DNA from: Camelus ferus
Lineage: Eukaryota
Length of the DNA: 64,000 nt
Direction of reading: 5' to 3'
NCBI RefSeq assembly: GCF_009834535.1
Contig: NC_045698.1
Location: 3,164,001-3,228,000 of the forward strand
Position 1 is the stretch's first letter, and each line of letters starts with the position of its first letter. The notes under the pieces were generated by a model. That model searched no databases. It saw only the letters and a list, made by a program, of their open reading frames with translations, and was not told where the DNA came from. Shown here in pieces: positions 53,861 through 64,000 of the stretch. The position numbers and the translations under genes were made by a program.

Positions 53861-55344
53861 AAATTGTTTTATATCTGACCCAGGTGTCTAGGCTCACCTG
53901 GAATTACCTGAGCTGCTAATTGCACCAGTGAATGTGCAAATTGAGGCTAAACGCAAACTCAAAATTTTCTGAACTCCCAAGAAAAAGTTCAATTTTAAAA
54001 AATGTGTGTAGAAAAAACTCATTCTTTATAAGGGAAAAATTAATTGTATTTGAGTCTTTAAATTAAAGCATCATAACAAATAATCAGATCCTTCCCAGGG
54101 AAAAGTAGGAAAGACGTTGTGACCTATAATGGTTCTGAGTGGATTTTAGCTTAAAATTACTGAGGAAAAAATAGAAAAATATACTATAGGAAAAATACGC
54201 AAATATGATGAATTAGCAAATTCATTTCTTACCTTATCCATATCCCAGACTCTGTGGCATCCCACACTTTGACTTCCAAAAGTTGATGCCAACAGTGGAA
54301 AACAAGGGCTTTGCTTTATTAACTGAAGAAATTGCTATATTGGAACATCAATGGTCACAAAACAATGAAAGTTCACAACTTGCTTTCACCAGAAAATTCA
54401 AACAGAGCTATGTTCTGTGGCTTTTGTCATTCTTAAAATAAAAACTCATTCTATTTATAGTGTTGTTTCTTCTCTTTCCTTTTTCTAAGCATCGTAAAAC
54501 CTGAGTACGAAATACAGCAGGCTTCTACAGCTGAAGACCCAACATTTTCCAAGAGAAAAACCCCAGGTGTGGCCAGCACCCAGAACCCCAAGCTTCGGAA
54601 AGCACCTTCCCTCACTTTGCATGAAAAGCGATGTCGGTGCAGCCTGGCCTTCTGGTCCCTCCCTCCTTCTGGTTCCTTTTCACCACCCTGCCACACAGCC
54701 TTGCTTTCAGTACGGACCCCCACCCCCACCATCTTCCCACATGGGAACACTCTTCACCGAGTACTTCAAAAGCCCGTTTCAGGTGACGCCATATGACTGA
54801 CCCACATCTTAAAGTGTGCTATTTATAAGGATAATCGTATAATTCATCATCAGTACAGGACAGTTTTGAGAGCGAGTGGTGCTGACGTTAAAATTTTTTC
54901 CCGACAACATGCACAGTCTAAATTTTGATACGGAAGTCTATGACCAGACTGAAAGTCCTTTACATTTAAGGGCTTTAAACAGCAAGTCCTTGGGCTTCGA
55001 CATGCTCACCCTGCCTTGTGTGCTTGCGCGCGGTGCAGCACAGAGTGAATGCGTCCACCGCGTCATGAGTGCGGTGCCCTGCGCACGAGCACCCACAGAC
55101 ATACCAGATGCCGTGGAAGCATCCTGTTCAGCTGACGGTATCAGCAAACATGGCTTGCAGGAATGGGTTAGCAGCAAATAGCAAGCGGATCATTCAAATT
55201 TAGTTCTTTCCTTGATTCCAGGGTAATTTCCCCATCAGCAGCAGAGGGTGTAGAAGAAAAACCTCTCACTCAACAGTTCATGCTCCTCTTGTCTTAGTAT
55301 CCATATTAATGCCAACAAAATTAGTAATTTGACAATTAGTTCCC

Positions 55345-55379
55345 CACTTACCTGAGAAGACATGAAAGGGAGAAAAAGT
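55345..55379 (-). other. Polypyrimidine tract-CAG|GTAAGT motif (recursive-splice-site-like)
   Basis: The minus strand reads actttttctccctttcatgtcttctcag|gtaagtg, with the junction between 55352 and 55351. Confidence 0.35.
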
Positions 55380-58300
55380 ATTTTAACTAGATTACAATGT
55401 GGCTCTGACAAGTTGGGATCCTGTCATGTTATAGCCTTCCAACTTTAACATTTTCATGTCTGCTTGGCAGGTTATTAAAATAAATGAGGGTGCTTTGGGA
55501 AGCTGCTCTGCTTTCTCTAATGGGAGTTGAGGAATTTGCAAGCCACCCTTGTAAATTGACCGATCCCAGAGACTGAAAGGATTTAGCTAAAGTGGACAAT
55601 TAGGATCATTTCTGCATAGCTGAGTGAAATATTCCTTGTTATTTTAATAATTCAGGCCCAGGGTAATTTTTGGAGGCTGAGTTTGTCAAGATAATGTGCC
55701 TGTGCTTGTCTGCTTGTCATTTTTAACTCAATCCCACATGTTACAGGTGCAGTCTAGCTTACAAAACAGGAAAATCACTCGCTGGAGAATTTGCATATGG
55801 AATACAGATACACGGCATTGAGGGAAAGCGGACCGAGAGACTGACTGTGTGAATGCCGATGCTCTGAAGTCCGGACGGCCGAAGGACGCTGCGTCGCTTT
55901 GCTGATGCGATTATGAGTGTCGCTGGGCCCTGTGTGTGTGCAAGTGTGGACCACGCACAGCACCATCTAGCCTGTGTGGCCTGCGCTGTTTCGTGAAGAA
56001 ATGTGTGGAGGCCGGGTATCCCCCTGTGAGGGATGCAAGTGTGGGCTTTCGGCTCAGTTTTATCACGTAGACTGATTGAATGACACCTTTAACTTTTGGT
56101 AGCAAGACGCATTTGGAGAATTATACATGAGTTTAAGAGAGAGAAATTCTGACACTATAGCGATGGCCAGTGCATTTCTGCAGGTGGAACCTTGTTTGGC
56201 GTGATTATGTGATCCCAACAGGTTAGAACATTGCTGGTGATTACAATGATCAGTGTGAAACTGGAAGTGACACCTTCTGTGTGGAGGTCTAGCACTAGAT
56301 GGAAACAGATGCATTGATTTGAAATCAAGGAGTGTCCAAATGAAATTCTGATTGAAGGGCCACACCTGCCAGCCCTGTGCTGGCGCCCTGCACCCAGGAC
56401 CTCCTTGAGCTGTTTACTAGGCGATGCGTGACCCTCGGTCAGAAGTATCCACACTGCCGTCTCCCCAGGCCCGCCGCACAGCTTCATCAGGGCAGCTCAG
56501 TCTCTGTCTGGTTTATTTTTCAGACTTCCATGCGACAATTTATTTGAATATAGACTTTACACTAAAAATATCATCAGCACCAAAAGTATCCACATCACTG
56601 TTTTTGTAAAAAGAGACTTTGCAATGCCAGTTAACCTAAGAATGAAAATGCAGCCGGCATCGTTAGCCAAGTATTCTCTAGCAGGAATTATTTAATCAGA
56701 GCAAAGTGTCTCTGCATCTACCCAAGGAGACTTATCAACACGATTTGAAAAGCACGTGGGAATAGGACCTAATGTAACGTAGGGCGGGGAGATCTAAAAC
56801 AAGTGAGCCAAATAATTAACTTAAATGTTGCACAAAAAAGCCAACATTTCCATCCATTTCAATGTCCTTATACCATCAGTAGTCTTTACCCCTGAACTCT
56901 AATAGAAGATGGTCTTACGTATCAAAGGGCCCATAGATTATTTTCCCATAATTCTATCTCCTTTTTCAGCTTGGACAAATTTTAAACCCTCAGGCTGTAT
57001 TTGTATTGTATCGTCCAGTATGAACCACATGACTCAAGAGGTCAGGGGACACCTTTGCTTGGTGCTCACCACCTATAACAGGTCAGCCAAGGAGCTGAAG
57101 CTGGAAGAGAAGTCATGTTCCCATTGCTGTTTTTCAATCATCTCTAATGTAGACTTTCTAACCAAGTGAGTGAAGTGTGGGCAAAGCCATTCTTTGGAAT
57201 TCTGGGCTAATAATAGAGGGATTACACATCCTGAACTGTGAACAAAGAAGCCAGCAAGCACAGGCAGCCCAGCACACGCCTGACCGCACTCCAGGTATCA
57301 CGTCACCCTTGGAATGGCCCAGGCTCAGCCTCCAGGCTCTGCCTTGCCCCCTGCAACCCAGCAGCCACATGGTGTAGTGCCCTGTTACAAGACACGCCGA
57401 CTTCTGGGTGAGCCCGATGAAAGCAGAAACGTAATGAATGGGCCTAACGGAACGAAAGCTTGCTTGTCTCTCAGAGCCTGGGTAGAACGAGTGGGCTCCC
57501 TGGGTAATCTCTTCCAAGTAATGGCCCACATTCATGATTCCTCTCATTGTGGGGCTCTGTCTTCTCAGACTGTGGCTCTTCTAATCTGTGAGCAGAGGAC
57601 AGAGAGTGAGCTGAGGCTCCCAACGTGGCACAAACCACCCATGGCCCCAAACTGACGGAAAGGGTATCTGGGAAAGAAGGCATCCCTGCGGATCCAGGAG
57701 GTCAGCGAACACCCAGCTAGGGTCTGCCACGTGGGCCAACAAAGTGGAAAACAGTGACATTTCAGAACTGAACACAAGCCACGTTGGTAAAGAGCAAAGT
57801 CGACAGGAACACGGAGCTGCGCATTAAAGGGCGCGCGGCACTGACAATGCATACGGCGGCTTCTGCTGCTTCACCCGTGGGAACCTTCAACAGGTGGTCC
57901 AAAAAGCAGCCCCAGAGGCACCTTGGAGGCAACATCATTTAAAAATAGCACATTTTAAAAATAGCTTTGGAGTTTTAAGAATTTACTTCAATGGCTCTTT
58001 CCAGCTGTTTCCTCACTAGGAAAACAACACATCCCTCTTTGCGGTGACTTTATTATTACATATTTTTCCACTTCATTGTTCTCTATGGGAAGAGGCTTGG
58101 CATGTCAGCTGCCTACCGTATAACATGCCTTTGGGTCAACACAGCTCCTAGCATATGGGTGAGACTATTAGAGTAACCGATGCTCAAAACTAGAGTGCTT
58201 CAGATTAGAGTGTTAGACTTGCAGTCAGCGAGCAAGTAAAAGTGAATTACAGTTGATTAGCAAGAGTTTTGCACAAGCACCTCCTTAAGCTTAATAATTG

Positions 58301-60369
58301 AAACTTTTGATTCGACTTCACACTTGGCCGTCTATGACACAGATGGCAGGGCCCATGGAACCAAGGATGTTCTGCAGACTTTCCAAGATCGAATCAAATT
58401 ACCACAATTATAGTTAATCAGTGTTGTGTTTATTTATGTTATGATTCTCTCTTGGATTAAACAAATCAGCACTGGGAGAGTCTCCTCTTTTTTATTTGAT
58501 TGAGAGAACCAAATATCACTTCTGATTCGAAAATCCATAGTAAATGTGAAACATTGCTGTCAACGCTCACCTGTTTTGAAAGGTGGTCTGGCATTCCGAT
58601 GGGAAGAAGGAAATTAAGGAACCAGTTCATGATCACGAATCATTTTAGAACCTAACCTAATGGTCTCACATTGGTTTCCTTTTGTCTCTGGTGTCCCCAA
58701 AATGGCACCAGCTTATGATTAAGAAATTCAGTGTCTTACACAAAGTAACCTCTTTGCATGTGCAAGTACACTTAACTCAAGGCACCGTGGGCCTTCTGCT
58801 GGATAACCCTGCCTTCTTCTGTTGGCCCTGACTGAAGGACGGTCCACTAATGAGCACATGAAACATAAAATCATCACCATGCATTTCTTTGTCTTACCAC
58901 ATATTCTGAAATATGTTTTACATTGGCAAGTAAAACTCTTGCAACTTTTTGGAGACTGCAAAACTAACTCTGAAGTCTGTTTTAAATTTCCTTAGATTAA
59001 ATTCTGCCCCTTTGGCTATATTAGACTGTGCAATCCATGAGTGTTTTATAAGCTGCATTTGACTCTTTTTTTACATAATCACTGCTCAGTTAGGCAGACT
59101 TTTCCTTTTCACACTACACTGACATGGAGGTAGAAAAAAAATATAAATAACAAGACAGCTTAGGGATGGAGGTCCATGTTAATCAGTTTTCTCCTCTTGT
59201 TGAGTTTGCAGTCCTCACTTTGTGTTGATTTAAGGGAGGAAACTTGGTATTCTAGGCAAATACTTATCAGGATACAATTTATTCAGAATGGCTTTCAAAT
59301 GCAGGCTGAGAATATTTGCCTGAATAATCACTCAAGCTTAAATATGGAGGAGCTCAGTTTTTTTCTCTACTGATCACTGATGCAATTCTGGTATTTCATA
59401 CAAATTTCAATTAAAATTGTACCTGGTATGTTTTTGCTGTGTATCTAGGTTCTTATGGATTGTATATCTTATTTAAAACTTAACCTTTTAGGTTGCAAAA
59501 CATAATTCTCAACCACCTGGCATGCACAGTCAACCTCACAGCCTTTCAGCCACTTTCCAGATTGGAGCTGTTTAGATGCACTCAATCCAGACACTCGTGT
59601 GCACTTAACCCTCTTAAGCCAAAACAGAAATCCCACGAGTATAATGATGCCATCTGATTCTTCCGTTAAATTAAGTGAGATTTGAGAAAAGTGCAGCCTT
59701 TGGACAGACCGTGGAGATGTTTTCCTCTCTTAACCTTCAGTCTCTTAAAAATACTGATCATTCCCGTTGGCTCATTCTCCTGAGCACAGAGCACTCTGTG
59801 GTGAATCATAGGAGCGCGAAGGCGAAGAACAGCACCATGTCTGTGCTCAGTCAGTTTACAAGCAAAGTCTAACATTTACAAAGAAAAGTATAGCCCCTCT
59901 CTGACAAGAGCAGGAGTGCTTCATGAATAAGGGGGTGTTTGGGGTTTTGCAGCCTTTGTAGGATTTAGACAGAAGGAGCTGGGGGTAGGATGAGAGTTTG
60001 GGGACACACACACAGTATGACATAAACGAAGTAGAGCACTGGTTGTCATCTACGGAAACTTAGGTGGAAGAAAAACCACGGAGAGCCTTGCTCGTCAGGA
60101 TCAGAGTGTTAGCAGTGTCTGGTAGGCAATAAGCTGCTGGTGCTTATTTTTGAGCAAGAAAAATATAATTATGGGCATGTTTTAGAAATGTGGTTGCTTA
60201 AAAATCTCCTGGGCTATGAGATGAAGGGCAAAGGGAATCCGGACAACTTGGAAACAGTCCTATTATCAATGTTGTCATTATTGTTGCTGTTAAGATTAAT
60301 GGAGGCAGGGTTTCCAGCAGGCTGGGGAAGATGACAGCACGTGAAAAGGAATCAACCAGAGAAACGTAT

Positions 60370-60385
60370 CCACCAGGTGGTGGCA
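60370..60385 (+). promoter_or_regulatory. CTCF-like motif
   Basis: ccaccaggtggtggca closely matches the CTCF core CCACCAGG(G/T)GGCGC. Motif match only. Confidence 0.45.
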
Positions 60386-60617
60386 ATCAATCACGAGAGC
60401 GGGTCACTCCCCACTGGCCCGAGCTCTGCTTAGTCCTCCACGTGCACGGGATCTTTGTATGCTCTCACCCACTTTAGCAGGCGTCTTATATCTAACATAC
60501 TGGGTAGAGACAAGTAGGAACAAAGATACAAGGAACTGCCCAGTGAGTGAGCCCAGGAACTGTGAAATCTCTGCCTTCAGTGTCTGGAGTGTGTCCTTCT
60601 TCTTTGCAAGCCCTGAG

Positions 60618-60740
60618 GAGCACCGCGCCCTGCAAGCAGCACCACTGTGGGAGCACCGCGCCCCACGATCAGCACCACTGTGGGAGCACCGCGCCCCGCG
60701 ATCAGCACCACTGTGGGAGCACCGCACCCTGTACACAGCA
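60618..60740. repeat. 33-bp minisatellite, ~3.7 copies
   Basis: Unit gagcaccgcgccccacgatcagcaccactgtgg at 60618, 60651 and 60684, with a partial copy at 60717. Confidence 0.95.
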
Positions 60741-62794
60741 TCTGATAGTCACACTAACTAAGGATCAAGCATGTTTCTGTCTCTTTCAGAAATGAAATAA
60801 TCAAGACACCATGACCCTTTCTAAAAGTTTAGAGTGTTACTTTTTCCCCCTTATCATTGTCCCTTTCCAGAGCCCAGCATCTTCCCAAGAATAAATGTCC
60901 TGGGTCGCTTTCCTGGTGAGCAGGTAGTGACAATGCAGAGGTGCTCCGTTTGCTCAGAGGCTGTTCTGGCTGCACTGTGGTCTTCAAGGGCACAACGTGT
61001 TGTCCCCGTTCTGTGTCGTGGCTTCTGCTTCTGTTAGCCCAACACTTCACTGTGAATATTGGAATGGGTAATTTGGTAACAGGATAATTTTGAAGTGAAA
61101 AGTATAGAGCCAGAAAAAAAAAGGACCTTTTATTATTTTTAAAATACTGACAAGAGTGTCTGCATCGCAAGCCATAGGGGGAAAGATCAACTAATACATC
61201 AAAACCTCGGAGATACGATGCCTTGGAAACGTCTCCTTCTTCCTGGGGATCCTGTCTTGTCAACTGGTCAGAAGGTTTCAGTGTTTAAACAACCTTGCAG
61301 CTAATCTGACATTGATATAAAACTTGCCATTTACATGGAAATGCCAGCCTTCACCCAGAACCTGATGCGGCTTCTCTGTGGGGGGAGCAGCATTCACACA
61401 TCTTGCAGATATGGAAGGAGTAGCAGGTGGTGGTTTTTCCTTATTATTACTTAAAGTAGCTATAAAATAGAGGGGGCATTGCTGGAGGGGTCACAAGGAT
61501 AATATGTAGAATATGTGACAAATAGCCAAAGTCGTATTAACAAAGTCAATCTTCAGGTGACCAGTCAGCGCCAAGGAGGGTCCTTGATCAAAGAAAATGT
61601 GGCTCTTCAAAGACTGCTGATGACCATATTAAATGGCTTTCTTGGCCCCTTTAAATCTACTAGCAGAGGAGGGATCTATTCAGAGCTAGCGGTCCTGACA
61701 AGAGCCTCTCCCCATCTCTGCTCTCTCATAGAGCCATTTGCTTGTAGAGCCCGTAGGCTCCTAAGCTGCAGTCTTCATTAAGGCATAAGATAAGGTAGAA
61801 AGGAGGAAATGCCAATGGAAAATAGAAAATAGAAACCCCCTACATAGCTCTTCCTGGATCACAGCAGTATGTGCTGGGCACTGGAGACTCAGGGACGGAG
61901 CGCTTCAGCAAACAAGGACCTACGAGTGAGTCACCAGGATAAGCCTGATTTTGGCACACAGGTTACACTCATGGGCATCATCATCAGGTGTCATTTTGTG
62001 ACTCCTTCAGCTTTGATAATAGTAATCTTCCAGCCGCTGTCTTTTCCGTAATTCCTGACCCTTTCTCAGTTCATTCAGAAGCATTGTTATGGCCTGGAGA
62101 AGGATTGGAGCGCCAGGGCAGAGATGCAAAGACATTTTACAAGGTAATACTGTTTTATGTTTCTTTTCTTTCAGACTGGCTCTTGAGGATCGGAAAAGAT
62201 GAGCTTTGGGAGAGCAGGAGCGACTGAATAGAGCGTCTGGCCCGCTAGAGCCAGGGCAGGGAGGGAAAGAGGTCCATGTGGATGAGAGCCAGGAAGCGTG
62301 GGGAGCAGAGTGGAAGTGGTCACAGGGTGAGGCTCTGACCCCGGGTTCCTGAGAGGGAAGGAGGGGTCAGCCCTGAGTGATGTCAGGGCCATGTGCTTTG
62401 ACGGGTGGTCTGAGGAAGGCAGTGACACTAAAGGCAGAGGTCACTCCTTGCTGTCCAGGTACCTGGTGGCTTCCTGGTCTGAGGAGCTGGCTCCGCTCTC
62501 AGCACCTTCCCATCAGCAGAGGCCTCGACCACCCAGTGTGGTCCATCACCCACCAGGACCCTCTTTGCCTGAGGGCTTTACAATCTGTCCTGCAGGGACA
62601 CTGTTACACGAACAGACCCAAATACCTGTCGAGTCCCTCGTTCCTCCCCCACATACACAATAAGACTGAGATAATACAGGGAAAAGAAACAGTCAGGCTG
62701 GGTGACAGCAAAACCAGCATTCCTTATGTTTCATAACGGAAGAGCTCTATTGTCCTCTTCTGCTGATAGTGATAACCACCAGTCTAGAGCTTAC

Positions 62795-62895
62795 AGATTG
62801 CAATGTGTCCAAACTCATTTAATTATTTTAACAATACAGTTATTATTTCTATTCCAAAGATAAAAAATGAGACTCAGAGAGACTGAGAGACACAG
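62795..62895 (-). mobile_element. MIR fragment
   Basis: ctcattttaattattttaacaa...ttattatttctattccaaagataaaaaatgagactcagagag. Confidence 0.5.
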
Positions 62896-64000
62896 TTGTG
62901 TATTTCTTTCATTTTTCTGAGTATAAGGAAACATTATTGAAAGTGGTAAAAAATGATGGGGGCTAAAATACATTCAGAGACTATGGGGGAAGGACTCAGG
63001 GGTGTGCCAGGGGGTCAGAAAAGTCAGTCAGTGAACCAAGACAGAGCACAACCCAAAGAGGCAGGTCTGTTTACGTGGGACAGAGGCTCCTGGAGCCCTG
63101 AGACTGGGTTACAGCAGGATCTCTGCACTTCCACCAGAACCAGCTAAGAAGACCCACAGGGCTCAGCGTGGATGGACTTCCAGGGCTGGGACTGACATTT
63201 CCTCCTAACTCCAAGCTCTGTCATCCCATCAGGTGCCTCCATGGAGAGCCTCTGAGCAGACAGCAGATGTGACAAAGGAATGGCAGGAGGAGAATGGCCA
63301 CCACTGCAGACGTGGTTCTCAGCTTTGCGAGTCTCAGGACAGTGGCATACCTGAAGGACCTCACATAGGTCCACTGCATGGGTGACGTCACACAGTGGGC
63401 AGTGAACAAAGCATGCCTGTTATGCTGGAGACCTTGGTAACGTACACGCATTCCAGAGGGTGAGAAATAGACCCAGTGGAGATCTAGGGAACTGCCACTT
63501 CAGTACAATTTTAGGGTCCAGGAGGCAGAGGCATGCCAGGATAGAAAGTTCCAAAGGAAAAGAAAACTACTGTGTCTTTCATTCCCAACTGCAAAGAAGA
63601 TCTATTCTTGGTAAACCCCTCATGTTGGGTGACGTAGAAGGTTGACAGCTTTGAGCATTGCCCAGATCAGAAATGGCCTATTTAGAAGGTCAGGCTTCAG
63701 AGCATGCAGTCCTTCCGCTGGGACCCTGTGCTACAGCAGATGCTGTGGGCTAGAAGCATCAGCAGTGGGGAAAGATGCAGGTGAGGTTTATGGAAAGCTG
63801 CACTGCGAGAACCACAATGTATCGCCCTGGACTCCAGAGCAAAGGCACTGCATCTGCAGCAGAGCGCGGTATTCCTCTGAGAAAGGGCTCCTAGCACGTT
63901 ACTGGGTTCTGGTAGGTGGGGCAGTGGCCACGGGGTGGAGAGAGAGCATGCGTCCAGCCTGTACCTTATAAGCCACGTTCTGTCACCCCTGCCAAGTCAC

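Noticed and set aside
60404..60795. ORFs with 11-aa repeats; CRISPR-like periodicity
   Set aside because: Explained by the head-to-tail 33-bp minisatellite. There are no unique spacers and the context is eukaryotic.

Overview
Non-coding mammalian genomic DNA, most likely camelid. That assignment is inferred from cetartiodactyl-type young L1 3' ends and no recognisable Alu, Bov-tA/BovB, PRE1 or CHR SINE. I find no host protein-coding exon, tRNA, rRNA or CRISPR array. The only ORFs with recognisable homology are LINE-1 ORF2 remnants. Bases ~0.8-52 kb are rich in old and young L1 fragments, MaLR (MLT1) and ERV solo LTRs, L2, MIR and microsatellites. Bases ~52-64 kb are mostly unique sequence with regulatory-looking motifs. 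The non-repeat signals most worth checking are a perfect 30-bp inverted repeat pair (25338-25367 / 26234-26263), an orphan CpG island (~4270-5170), two minus-strand polypyrimidine-CAG|GTAAGT recursive-splice-like motifs, a possible retrocopied 3' UTR and a 33-bp CpG-rich minisatellite beside a CTCF-like site. Repeat family names and boundaries come from recalled consensus similarity and are approximate. Nothing here establishes a new biological system.
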